Of a stretch of 64,000 bases of DNA, positions 40,909 to 53,621 are shown piece after piece (positions within the stretch are counted from its first letter, which is position 1; each line of letters opens with the position of its first letter). Position numbers and translations under genes: made by a program. The stretch lies in NCBI RefSeq assembly GCF_018350175.1, contig NC_058368.1, positions 147,190,001 through 147,254,000 on the forward strand, given 5' to 3'. Below the pieces are notes generated by a model, which did not search any database, was not told the DNA's origin, and saw nothing but the letters and a program-made list of their open reading frames with translations. The stretch comes from Felis catus. Lineage: Eukaryota.

Positions 40909-41120
40909 TTTTTTAAAATGTTGATTTATTTTTGAGAGACAGAGAAACAGAGCATGAGTGGGGAAGGGGCAGAGAGAAAGGGAGACACAGAATGTGAAGT
41001 AGGCTCCAGGCTCTGAGCTGTCAGCACAGAGCCCAACACGGGGCTTGAACTCATGAACCATGAGATCATGACCTGGGCCGAAGTCAGACCCTTAACGGAC
41101 TGAGCCACCCAGTTGCCCCC
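40909..41120 (-). mobile_element. CanSINE (second of a tandem pair)
   Basis: Full body ending gagccacccagttgccccc. Confidence 0.94.
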
Positions 41121-42136
41121 ATTTTTAATGAGAATTCTGTACACAGATATTTCTACTTCTGGGATTATCATCAGAGTAAATAAAAGGGTAGGATTTTATA
41201 AATAAATAAATTTCATAAATATTCTACAGAAGAGCAGCCCTGCCTTGGAGAGGCATGAAAGACAGTATTTATCCACAAAATTGCAAAGCCCATGGAAATT
41301 TTGATCCACTGAATGGGATAATTCAACAGATACTGTTAATATTAATTCTTTGTAAAATGGAGACATTCACTATTTTTTTTAAATGAGAACATTAGCTCTA
41401 TACATTTTGGCTGACAGAACACTAAGAACTGGAGCTGATAGACTTAAATTATGGCCGGTAAATATAGCAAACGCTCTTTTTGAAATTTCATTTCAGTTCT
41501 CATCAAGGTGCAAGAATTGAGTGGCTGTATTTCCAAGTCCATAATCTCATCTACATAATTCTACGAGGTTTCCTGGATTCCTGGCAGACCTGGAGGCAAG
41601 AGAACATCTGCCACACTCAAGACCACCATTGAAAAATCAGCTTCCAGCCACCAACTCACTACTACATGCCAGAAAAGCAATGCTTATGAGCCATTACTTT
41701 TGATATTTTATTTTTTCTCCCATATTCATTGTTAAGTATGCCAATTTGGCATCTTTTTATTTTATTTTTTCCATTAACAGTGATAACTTTGGGATTCAAG
41801 AGAACTTGAGTTTCTGGCCAACACATAGTCTGGATATGCCCTTCTGCCTGAAACAACCAAAAAAGTAAAACAGACAAAACATATGAGACAACAGTTTTGA
41901 AGACACTGGACATTAGCAAAGAAGCCACAATCATAAACCAGGTGGGTCCTACAGTTGTTCAGGTTTACTGCCTTGAGAAAGATTCCACACCGTGGCATAG
42001 AAAGGACAGTCCAGGTACATCCTTGCCAAACCTCTCAGATAAAAAGAAGGAGCTGGGAGGAAGGAAACAGAGAGAACTCACAGGGATCTGCAGAGCACCC
42101 GCTCAGGAATTCAGCAGACTGTGGATCACCTCATGC

Positions 42137-42140
<4 letters not shown>

Positions 42141-42169
<29 letters not shown>
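42141..42169. repeat. Poly(A) run (29 nt) inside the old L1
   Basis: Read directly. Confidence 0.95.
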
Positions 42170-42171
<2 letters not shown>

Positions 42172-43930
42172 ACTAAGGAAAGAACCATCTGGATGCACCA
42201 GAGGGTGTAACACTTGGAGCTCATATCAGGTTAGGAAAAGTGCCTGATCCCTCAGTAAAAAATAAACTAATTCATGGGGTGTTGGGCACAGGACCCAGAA
42301 GAAACTTTCCTCGGTGGTGGGAAATAATTAGCCTAGACTAAAAACCTCACTGGTTCTGTCTAACAAACCTTGTGAGCAAGACCCAGAAAGACCAAACTGT
42401 TTTCAAGTAACTTGTCTTTATAAGAGAACAAAGCTCAAGAAATTATGAAGGAATACAGAGTATATCTAATACCCAACAAGGTAAAATTCATGTTTGATAT
42501 ACATTCCAGATTAATAAGCATGCATAAGAGCAGGAAACACAGATTTAGAATTAGCAGAAAATGCCATTAAAACAGCTATTATGACTGTATTCCATATATT
42601 GAAAATGTTAGAGACATGGAAAATACAAAAAGAGACCCAAGCTGAACTTCTAGAGATGAAAACCACAATGTGTGAGAGGAAAACTACACTAGGAGGAAAT
42701 AAAGCAGCTTAGACATTGTAGCAGAAAAGATGAGTGAATGTTAAGACAAAAACCACACAGCATAAAACATACAGAGAGAAGAAAAAAACTGGACATCAGT
42801 ACGTATCTATATATGCAGCCTAAAAGAGATGTGAATGAAGTCTGTGGAGTGGGAGGGAAAGAAAATATTTGGATAACAGCCCTACGTTTTCCAAATATGA
42901 TAAAACTATACCCACAGATCCAGGCAGCTCCACAAATCCCAAGGATCAGGAGCATGAAGAAACATCACAAAGACACATCACTATTACAGATGTAAAAAAA
43001 TAATTCTGTAGAGAAATTTAGTTTTTTCAATAGATGATGCTGGAACAACAACAAACCAGGAATTTAGATCCACTTCTCAGGCCATATACAAACATTAATC
43101 AAAAATGGACTATAGACCTTAAAGTAAAATCTGGAACTAAAAAACATATATATATACATACACACACATGTATATATACATGAAAATCTTTGGGGATTCA
43201 GTTTAGGCAAATATCTCCTAGATATACAACATCAAAAGCATGAGTCACAAAAATTGAGAAATTGTACTTTAAAATTATAAGCTCTTGCTCTTCGAAGTTA
43301 ATTTTAAGAGAATAAAAAGTAAGCCAGAGATCAAAAAAATATACTTCCAAATCAAATATCTGATATTTGGAATATCTAAAGATTTCTCAAAAGTCAATAA
43401 TAAAACAAGTGACTCAAAAAAAAGTAAATAAAACCCTAGTAAAAAGATTTGAACATTCTCTTCACAAAGGGTATATACCTAAGAATGGAGAACAAACATA
43501 AGAAAATGTGTTCAACAGCATTTATTATTAGATAATTTTAAATTAAACTAAAAACATATTACCACATAACCATTACAATGGCTTAAATTAAATAGACTCA
43601 CCATACCAAGTGTTGGGGAGGATGTGGAAGAATTGAACTCAGACCAGTGTAAAATAATACAATCAGTTTGGAAAATAGTTTAAGAATTTCTCAAATACTT
43701 AAACATATATCTGTCATATGATCCAGCCACTCCACTCCTCGGTATTTATCCAAGAGAAATGACAACTTATGTCCATTCAAAGGGTTGTATGAATGTACAT
43801 AGCACCTTTATTTGTACTAGCCCAAAACTGGAAACAACCCAAATGCCCATAAATTAGAGAATGGATAAATAAATTGTGAGATATTTGTACAAAGTTAGTA
43901 CCACCCAGAAATGAAAGAGAATGATCTATC

Positions 43931-44135
43931 GGGGGGCCTGGGTAGCTCAGTCAGATAAGCATCTGACTCTTGATTTCGGCTCAGGTCATGATCTCATGGT
44001 GGTGAGATGGAAACCCATGTTGGGTTCCATGCTAAGCATGGACTTGTTTGGGATTTTCTTTTCCTCTCTCTACCCCTCCCCGCTTGTTCTCTCTCTCATT
44101 CTGTTTCAAAATAAAAAAATAATCTTTAAAAAACT
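43931..44135 (+). mobile_element. CanSINE nested in L1, 16-bp TSD
   Basis: TSD aaagagaatga(t/a)ctat at 43914-43929 and 44136-44151. Confidence 0.94.
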
Positions 44136-44444
44136 AAAGAGAATGAACTATTGATACAAACAATAACATGGAGGGACTTCAAAATAATTATGTGGAGTGA
44201 AAAAAACCAGAAAAAGACCAAGGATTTTCTGTTTCAATTTATATAAATTTCTATAAATGAAAACTTACTTATAGATAAAAAGCAGATCAGTAGTTGTATA
44301 ACTAAAAGGGACAGATGGGAGGGACTACAATGGGGTAGAAGGAAACTTCTGAGGGTGATGAAAATGTTCAGTATCTTAATTAACATGATAGTTTCATAGG
44401 TGCATATATATGTCACAATGTACCATTTTGTGCATTTAAAAATG

Positions 44445-44652
44445 TTTTTAACATTTCTTTATTTTTGAGAGAGACAGACAGAGTGCGAGTGGGGGAGGGA
44501 GAGAGAGAAAAGGAGACACAGAATCTGAAGCAGGCATCAGGCTCCATGAGCTGTCAGCACAGAGCCCCAGGTGGGGCTCAAACTCACAAACTGTGAGATC
44601 ATGACCTGAGCCGAAGTCAGACGCTTAACCGACTGAGCCCTCCGGGCACCCC
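44445..44652 (-). mobile_element. CanSINE nested in the L1 3'UTR
   Basis: Full body; L1 terminus resumes after 44652. Confidence 0.93.
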
Positions 44653-44765
44653 AAAATATGTGTATTTTATTGTATGGTAGTTATATCTCAACAAAGATAT
44701 TAAATAAAGTCATCATGTCAAGGTTCTTTTCATAACTCACTTATTTATCAACTGTGAACTTAGAA

Positions 44766-44767
<2 letters not shown>

Positions 44768-44806
<39 letters not shown>
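44768..44806. repeat. (CA)n microsatellite
   Basis: Read directly. Confidence 0.96.
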
Positions 44807-44809
<3 letters not shown>

Positions 44810-45438
44810 TAACACACATACACTGCATCACAGTAACCAGCCCACAAAATTAATGAGGGACATCAGCCTTCTCATCAAATTCACATCAGAAAGGTTTTTT
44901 TTTATACTTCTACCTCAAAGTGAAAACTATGTAGCCCAAATGAAATGAGGCAGGCCTTATTGAAAAGACGGAGTAGTTTAATAAAACATACTAATAGAAG
45001 GAGCTGTATTCATAAAAATGACAAAAATACTAATTTTTTCACAGCAGTTTACCTCCTGCTTTGCAGGTTATTTTCATCACTCAAGGAAGGCTTTGGAGGA
45101 AGTCTTAAATGAAGATGAATGAGAAAAAAGTCATATAACTGCAAGATTTTCTACTGCTCATATATTTTTGGTTTGAGATTGCATTTACTTCTGATGTGGT
45201 TGACTGTAAGAAATCAGAAGATTATTAAACTATAACTGGGGTTACCCGTGCCTCTCCTAATAGTTCTTATTTCCCAGAAATTTTTCTGAGGTAAGTTCAT
45301 AAAATATATTGATGTGTATGTTTCCTGCACTCTTATGATCTATTTAAGAGGCTGTAATTTTCATGTAGGAACTATGAAATAATTTTCTCTAGTTCTCTTT
45401 GCTCCTATATGAGAGGTAGGACTTTAAAAACAAATATA

Positions 45439-45441
<3 letters not shown>

Positions 45442-45505
<64 letters not shown>
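45442..45505. repeat. Compound (GT)n(AT)n microsatellite
   Basis: Read directly. Confidence 0.96.
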
Positions 45506-45507
<2 letters not shown>

Positions 45508-46233
45508 AATATATTTGAGAGATTTATTATTAATTTATCTTAATATGTACCAAGATGGAAATCTCAATTCCATTAATTACTAATCATGCAATTTTACATT
45601 GTAAAAGTAAGCCTTCAGGGCAACAATTTCCATCATCTCCAATGAACCTGATTAAAATAACTGGCCATTTCTATAACAAGTGCCCTAACAAACGGTCCTA
45701 TTCTGTCAGAGAGGAACGGGTCTGATTAGAAACTGCATTGCTGTGTTATGCTGTTATAAGATTAATGCAGAAAAAAAGTTTAGTTCCTTTTAATAAAATC
45801 CAATGACTTGTGAATTGGACTAAATATCAGTAAATAGTAAGCATAACGGTAACTCCACTTAATTTGGTTGTTTAATTTGGCCCTGAGTATAATTATTTGA
45901 GTTTATGCAGCAACTTACTTCCCTACACTCATTAAATCTCCTTCTCCTGTGTTTCTAAAGGATAAAGGAAGGCTTATGTAGGTTCAATTAAAAGGGTGAT
46001 AGAGTTATCCTCAAAAGTGATATTAATATTTTCCCAGAGTAGAATCCATCCACAAGATACTGCAATATTTAAAACATTTTGTTACATCATGCACAGGTAG
46101 AGAACAACTAAGATCTATGATGATCTACTTTAGTGAATATACAAATATATTTTTGAAATACGTAGAGCTTTTTATAGGTACTGCCTCTAAACTATAATAA
46201 ATTCCTATGTTAAATCGCCTATGTGAAAGCAGT

Positions 46234-46270
46234 GGAGGGGCAGAGAGACAGGGAGATACAGAATCTGAAG
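46234..46270 (-). mobile_element. Isolated 37-bp internal CanSINE fragment
   Basis: ggaggggcagagagacagggagatacagaatctgaag matches the middle of other SINEs here; no head or tail. Confidence 0.8.
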
Positions 46271-46527
46271 TTATAGTAATTCCACATAGTTAAATACGAT
46301 TGGCACCTTATTTTTACCTACTTGCTATGTATATATCATATATGCATATATAAACTTATATACATAAATTATGTGGATGTACAATTTTTTAGTCCAGGGC
46401 TACTGTATTCATTATCAATAGACAACTCGTTATACAAGTGAGAAAATGATCTCTAAAAGCTACCTCCTCTTACTTATTCTCCATGCCCTCCTCAAATGTG
46501 TTAGTTATATCATTTATCTTAGTTCTT

Positions 46528-46724
46528 TTTTTTTTAAGTTTACTTACTTAGTTTTGAGACAGAGACAACGTGAGCAGAGGAGGAGCAGAGAGAGAGGGAG
46601 AGAGAGAATCCCAAGCAGCCTCCGGAGAGCCTGATGCGGGCTCAAACTCACAAAACCATGAGATCATGGCCTGAGCTGAAACCAAGAGTTGGATGGTTAA
46701 CTGACTGAGCCACCCAGGTGCCCC
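46528..46724 (-). mobile_element. CanSINE with small internal deletion
   Basis: TSD tat(c/t)ttagttctt at 46515-46527 and 46725-46737. Confidence 0.93.
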
Positions 46725-47382
46725 TATTTTAGTTCTTCTATTGGTTACCTATTCAACCTTGACCAATATATTTAAACCTGCCATTTGTTCATAAGCTTTA
46801 GACATTAAAACTCTGTATTGCCCTTCAAGCCTCCTGTCTGCCTTTACAGTCCTACAATTTTTTTTCACTATAACATTTTTCTTATGTTTTTTTCAACACA
46901 TTCTGTTCTATTGTGGTAAATATGTCAGTCAGATGAAGCTACTATTTTGCTTCTTTAAGGGTAACATGTTACCTCTCTTAGGGGTTTGGGAATTTTCTCT
47001 ACAATCATATTTCACTAGAATTTGTCTGGATGCGTGTTGCTTTTTATTCATTGTGTTGGTACTCATCAATTTATTGCAATATGAGGAGTCATTTGTTATT
47101 GCCTCCAATTTCTTCATTTTCTCTAGAACTAAAAAATTAGTCCTATGCTAAATTTCTTAATTGATTCTCCATGTTTGTTAAACATATATCTCATGTTTTC
47201 ATTTGTTTATATTTTAATCTAAATTTTGAAAGATTTCTCTGATTTTATTCTCCTGCTACAATAAAAAAATATTTCCAATCATATTTCCCATATCCAGGAA
47301 CTCTTCTTCAAAGTGACATAGTCTTATTTTATGAAAATACATTTTCTTTGCTTTTAATTAAGATGCTTTAAAGTTTTAAAAA

Positions 47383-47405
47383 ATTTTTTAATGTTTTTTT
47401 TTTCT

Positions 47406-47454
<49 letters not shown>

Positions 47455-47612
47455 GGGAAGGGGCAGAGAGAGAGGGAGACACAGAATGTGAAGCAGGCTT
47501 CAGGCGCTGAGCTGTCAGCACAGAGCCCAATGTGAGGCTTAAACCCATGAACCATGAGATCATGATCTGAGCTGAAGTCAGCTGCTTAACCAACTGAGCC
47601 ATCCACATGCCC
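47383..47612 (-). mobile_element. CanSINE with expanded (GA)n tract (about 47407-47447)
   Basis: Full body; pure dinucleotide run replacing the usual interrupted CT/GA region. Confidence 0.94.
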
Positions 47613-48478
47613 ATACTTGGAATGTTTTAAAAAGGTCTTTCTGTCTCATAAATCATACTTGTGTCTTCCTGTATCAGTTATTCTATGTATTAATTTTGGG
47701 TCTCCTGTTTTGTGTTGTTTACTTCAAATGACTACTGGTCTTTGATTATCTACTTACATGAATGAAAAGGCTATAGTGATTAATATACTTAACAGGTATA
47801 GTTTCTTCAGCTTATTCATAAGTTTATTTTCACTAATAGTCTTCTCTCCTGCATGCAAGGACTGACTTTAAGCTCCAAGTATGTGGAACGTAGGCAGGGA
47901 GCAGGTAGCAAGGATAACTTTATTTGCAAAATGAGAAGAGTTTTATTAAGTGATGCCTACTTCCAAATTAGGAAGCCGAGCCCTCCCCCACTTCTTAAAA
48001 AAATAACTCTTCACATTTTTAGACAGAAGTGTATCAGCTGTAGCCTTGGAAATCATGTTTTGTACACTGGGGGTATACGAAAGTGAAGAGGTGAGAAAGA
48101 GGAGTCACTGTTGTAAAGAAAGTTCTGAATTAACTAACTTGATTTCTGTCCACTCATTTCTCTGTACCAGGTGACTCCAGCTGACTCCTACCCTGGACCT
48201 TTCCACTAGAAGTACAGCCTTTACCTCAATTTCAGACTTTTCCAGGTCAGAGATGTAGGTTCTTTGTCCCCTTCTCTGCCAACACAACTTCTTCCTATAT
48301 TCCTTCATCTAGAAGTGTCAAAAAATCACTGGGGTGCCAATAGCCTTTTCTCAAGATTTTTAGACTATTAAAAATGATTTCTTTTTCTTTAATTTTTGCT
48401 GTCACTTCAATAAGATTTGTAAATAAAGCTATGGTAAATATGTGTATTCAGTTTGCTATCTTGAAAGGCTAAATTTAT

Positions 48479-48690
48479 GGGGCGCCTGGGTGGCGCAGTC
48501 AGTTAAGCGTCCGACTTCAGCCAGGTCACGGTCTCGCGGTCCGTGAGTTCAAGCCCCGCGTCGGGCTCTGGGCTGATGGCTCAGAGCCTGGAGCCTGTTT
48601 CCGATTCTGTGTCTCCCTCTCTCTCTGCCCCTCCCCCGTTCATGCTCTGTCTCTCTCTGTCCCAAAAATAAATAAACGTTGAAAAAAAAA
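48479..48690 (+). mobile_element. Young felid SINE (SINEC_Fc type), antisense to EDIL3
   Basis: ggggcgcctgggtggcgcagtcagttaagcgtccgacttcagccagg...cccaaaaataaataaacgttgaaaaaaaaa; no clear TSD. Confidence 0.96.
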
Positions 48691-51600
48691 TTTAAATTAT
48701 ATACACACACGTTAATTAGTTAGTTAGAAACATAGAAAGAAAACAGAAACATAGAAACAAAAAGGAGACAATCCATCCATTAGGGTATCCTTTTTCCCAA
48801 TTTAACTAAAATGTTCATTGTTTACTCCAAGGTTGGTAATGAAGAAGCTTTTTAAGCATTTTGAAACCAACCTTCTACCGTCATCCCTTGACTTAAAGAT
48901 GGCCCTCTGGGGAGGGTGGCAGCCCCAAACAGAAAATAATTTCTTCTGACTGCTCGGTAAAGTTACAGAAGAGCATATTCCCTGAGAGAGCAATAAACTC
49001 AGTCCCAGAGATTGTTTAGGAAAGCTTCAGGAGAAGTTATTCTTTTTTAAAATCCAGCATCCACTAGACAAAACCTTTCTTCAACATATATTCATTTGAG
49101 ACACCAGACCAGAGTACCATCGACACATGTCATACAGACAGAAGGAGAAAAGAAGTTAAACACACTTGGGCTTTCCCCTCCAAGTACCATCATTATCACA
49201 CATTTTATGCCAGAAGTTAACCAGATCCATAATTTTTTATGTAATTCTTCCCAGCAGAAAAAAGAAGAACAGGTACTTAATAAAGTTCTGAGGATATTTC
49301 CTTCGCCAGTCTGATTCTATTAAAAAGCTGAGGAGTATTTGACAAGAATCTCTATGTAACCCTTTGGTTCTTTCTTTAAAACAAAGTGGAGGATTTACTC
49401 ATGTCACTAATTCTTAAACAGTTTTATATACACCCCGGATGTGAACAATGTGCCTTGCAAATAATACTCAAACTACTAGGAAGAATCAAGTTAAAGAAAG
49501 GGGTTGGAGGTAATGGGGGTTGAGATCTCAGAACTTCTTCAATTAAAAGAAAAAGATACACACACCTGTGCACACACATACACAAGTTCTGGCATCATTT
49601 ACTCACACTCTATTTTCATGAATGTTAAAATTCTCTAAATTCAACATAATTTGTAAAATTACAAAGTCTGGTTCTATGTTTTTTTCCAAGTGAGTTTCTT
49701 GAGCCCTTTGCATTCCACCCACATAGTATAACTCAGTGTTCCTGACCAGGGCAGAGGTGCCAATCTGCGTGATCTCTTTAAGGAAAACTGTAAAGAGAAT
49801 GATATAGAAGAAGGTGATGAGTATTTTTTAATTCTTGTGAATCCTTGTTAGCAAATTTGCTTTTTCCTTGTAATTACTTCCTAAAGAGATGTGTTACGAA
49901 TGAAAAATAATAGAATACAGAAAGCTAAGTGCATAACTTACAAAATGCATAAATATTCGAAGAGGTAATTGGAATAAAACAATACTTCAGCCTTAAAGCA
50001 TTGCATATTTTGGTCACAAATAAAAGTAGATGCTTCTGAAATTTTCTAGACCATGAGAGCTAGAATATATTACTGAACAAAGAAGTGTTTCTCTAATGAA
50101 ACAGCATGCTGCATATAATGAAAGCATTAAAATAGTATACAGACAAAAGCGTTAGGCACAACAAGCTTCATTATGTATGATGCAAAATAAAAGAAGAATA
50201 TATTTGTAAAACCAGATGTCCTACTAAGTAAGAGCAAAAATAAATTGAAATCTGACTGGTTTATAAGTCTATCAATTATATTGGACAGAGTCAAGTAACA
50301 TTTCAGCATTCTCATTTTCCTACTTTCATCTAAGGATTCACAAAAATAGGTAACCTTAAGGGTTTTACCAATTTACTTCTTAATTCTGAAAGTGAACACC
50401 GCTCTTATATTTTAAAGAATATTATCTGCACTGAAGGAAATTAAAGTGAATACTGGGAAAATAATTTATCCAATTCCCCTAGCAAAACATGCAAAAATTC
50501 AGCTGCACTCATACATATCTAAATATGTAAGCTTTCTCTCAGAGACATGCCCTGAATTATGCTACAAAATAGAATACCTGAGAGATGAAAGAGCATTCAG
50601 CACGTCAAAACAGAAAAACATCGATTACTAAAACATAATTCTAAACTGCTTCTAGCATATACAAAATACATTTATATTCCATAGTTATGTAGTGCATAGT
50701 ACTGCCTTATTATAAAGTAAGCTTTGCATCTATTTGCTATTTATCCCTCAATTACATGGTAAAATTGAATAAAAATAGAAGAATACATAAATATAAAAAT
50801 ATTTGGTTTTATGTCCTGAAACTTTTATCCTCAGATGTGTAGAAAACCATTACTTCGAAAAAAATGTATTTTTGTGATAAATTCTCCATTTTCTGTAACA
50901 AGTTGTTTACCTTAATTTTTGAAACTTCAGGTCAAGTAATTCATCCTGTCATTCTGTGCTTGTGCATTTCAGTTTCATTCTTAGTATAGAAGGTATTGAT
51001 CTAATAGTCATAATCTATTCCCCCAAATATCTACAGTCATTTTATATCCCCTCCAACTCATTTATTACAAAATGAATAAAAACTTCCCCTGTGGTGCCTA
51101 TAACAAAAGAACAAACAGAACAATAAAAAGAAACAATGTACACTTTTATTATATTTTAATGACATCCCCCTTGCCTGTACATGCCCAACCAAGTGGAAAC
51201 ATTTTAGCCACGGGCATCTCCAGAGATCCACTTTATGCCACTCTGCAATACAAATTAATGGGTAGAAACTTCCATTAACAGAAAAAGTTAAAAGGCAACT
51301 AGCTATCTGTTATAAATAAACAGTGCATTTATGACTTAGCTCATAGTAAATCACTATATGAAAGCCAGGGTACAGACATTGGCACAAGTGTTTCTCCTAG
51401 GGTGCACAAATTTCTCTCATTGAGGTTTCATATTGTCTCAATAATCATAAGTAGGTAGACAGCAAATCTGTAGGTAGGAAACAGTGTCTTTTGGGTTAGC
51501 TAGAAGCAGAAGAAATGAGTGAACATAAATGTAAGACATTCATTTGTTGATTACTCTTACAAGTTCAAGTTTACACGAGCTCATATGTTTAAGTACACTT

Positions 51601-52162
51601 TTTCTTTCAAAAATGTTAAATATTCTCTAGTCCTTTCTAACCATGGTCTCAAAATTCTCAATCATATGTTTCTATCAGTAAAATTTTAATTGTGGTATGT
51701 ACTCTCAATAAATGTCTGGTTAAGTATTTGTAGGTTATATACAAGCATTACTAAATGAACATATTGTGTACATTTTAAAATGCATATAGAAAATATAAAT
51801 TTTAAAAATAATGAGAAAATGTTGCAATAAACATTTTTAAAGCATCTTCCTTATTGTGATGGCTTCATATTATCATTAATATCCTGAAACATTGTATTCA
51901 CTCTGGGTGAGTTCATAAACATAATGGTGGAAGTAAAAATATAGTATATATCATGTTGATAATTTCAATTTAGGAGGCTAACCTCCTGTTAGATGTGATC
52001 AATTTAACACTGCTTTATCTCATGTTTTGTGCTTAGCTCATATTAGGAGAAGAATTGCTGGCTGCCATTTTCCTCTCTTCTTGCATTATCAGTATTTTCT
52101 CCAATCTGACGTTTCTCTGCATAATTTTTTTTTCAGCCCAGTGTGGTTTGGTGAGGGTTAAT

Positions 52163-52498
52163 CAACGTGGATGGAACTAGACGGTATTATGCTAAGTCAG
52201 TCAGAGAAAGACAGGTATCATATAATTTTACTCATATGTGGAATTTGAGAAACACAACAGATGATCGTAAGGGAACGGAAGGAAAAATAAGATAAAAACA
52301 GAGAGGCAAACCATAAGAGACCGTTAAATACAGAGAATAAACTGAGGGTTGCTGGAGGGGAGGTGGGTGATGGGCATTAAGGAGGGCACTTGTTGGGATG
52401 AGCACTGGATGTCATATATAAGAGATGAATCACTAGGTGCTACTCCTGAAGCCAAGACTACACTGTATGTTAACTAACTTGAATTTAAATTTAAAAAA
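52163..52498 (+). mobile_element. Short 3'-end fragment of a carnivore LINE-1
   Basis: caacgtggatggaactagacggtattatgctaagt...gggatgagcactgg...acactgtatgttaactaacttgaatttaaa. Confidence 0.92.
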
Positions 52499-52674
52499 TC
52501 AAAGAGAAGAGCCAAAGGATTATGTGCTGCTGTTTGTCAACCCACGTGCAGGAGGAGAAAGCTCAATTCTGAGGTCTATCAAGGCCAAAAAGCTGAGATT
52601 CTTAACTTCCTTGAGATGGTTCAAATAGTTATCTTACAAATGCCTAGAAAACTTCGCTTAAATTTCCACTAAGG

Positions 52675-52831
52675 CAGAGGTCTGTGAATTATGGAGGCCA
52701 AATCAGGCCTGCCACCTGTGTTTTGTGTGGCCTGCAACCTACGAATGGTTTTTACATTTTTTAATGGTTTAAAAGGAAAATTATATAAAATTCAAATTTC
52801 AGCATCCATAAATAAAGTTTTATAGGAACCA
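52675..52831. mobile_element. MER58-like hAT-Charlie fragment
   Basis: ggccaaatcaggcctgccacctgtgttttgtgtggcctgcaacctacgaatggtttttacatttt...aaataaagttttataggaac. Confidence 0.75.
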
Positions 52832-53023
52832 CTCCAAAAAACATAACACAGCAGTTGCACACTGCGAGAAGTATGTTGCTTTGTAGAACTTGTACTTTTC
52901 CCTATGAACCTCTGTACTAGTGTCCTTCTGACAAACAAATGCAGTGAGGTACCTTGTCAATCTATGTGGCAAATAGTAGTAAAATTAATTTGCGTAATTG
53001 TTAACAAATAAACATAAAAGTAA

Positions 53024-53181
53024 TCTCGCGGTCTGTGAGTTCGAGCCCCGCGTCAGGCTCTGGGCTGATGGCTCAGAGCCTGGAGCCTGTTTCCGATTCT
53101 GTGTCTCCTTCTCTCTCTGCCCCTCCCCCATTCATGCTCTGTCTCTCTCTGTCTCAAAAATAAATAAATGTTAAAAAAAAA
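53024..53181 (+). mobile_element. 5'-truncated young felid SINE with 14-bp TSD
   Basis: Starts at tctcgcggtc, about 50 nt into the consensus; TSD aaacataaaagtaa at 53010-53023 and 53182-53195. Confidence 0.95.
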
Positions 53182-53420
53182 AAACATAAAAGTAAATTCT
53201 CTTATTTTCTTTGCATGCATCGGAAGATTTTCCCTGCACTCTTATAAGGTGTATGCACCTCAACAGGAAAACAATTACACTACAAGTAAAGTGTCCACGA
53301 GGATGGATCTGGGGATTTAACATATGTCCCATTTGTTTTTAAGCATCAAATCATACTCTATTTACAACTCCTAAAGCATGATAACGGTTAACAGAATTAG
53401 ATTTTTTGTTACTTCAATCC

Positions 53421-53621
53421 TTTTTTTTTAATGTTTATTTTTGAGAGAGAAAGCATAAGCAGGTGAGGGACAGAAGAGAGAGAGAGACAGAGAATCCATT
53501 GCTGGCTCCAGGATCTGAGCTGTCAACACAGAGCCCAATGCAGGGCTTGAACCCACAAACTGTGAGATCATGACCTAAGCTGAAGTCGGACACTTAACTA
53601 ACTGAGCCACCCAGGTGCCCC
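53421..53621 (-). mobile_element. CanSINE
   Basis: Body ending gagccacccaggtgcccc; short degenerate TSD tcaa(t)ccttt. Confidence 0.93.

Larger units (their letters stand above)
41780..44708 (+). mobile_element. Ancient L1 (L1M-type): 5'/ORF1-like remnant joined to ORF2 end and 3'UTR, interrupted by two CanSINEs
   Basis: ORF1-like gaacttctagagatgaaaaccacaatg and ttttccaaatatgataaaactatacccacagatcc; ORF2-end ttcaatagatgatgctggaacaac, ccaagtgttggggaggatgtggaaga, aactggaaacaacccaaatgccc; terminal ttattgtatggtagttatatctcaacaaag. Confidence 0.85.

Noticed and set aside
46750..48470. Possible very old minus-strand L1 remnant
   Set aside because: T-rich composition is suggestive, but too degenerate to call or delimit by eye.
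48479..48560. tRNA-like A/B boxes and CpG clusters in SINE heads
   Set aside because: They belong to tRNA-derived SINEs, not tRNA genes or CpG-island promoters.
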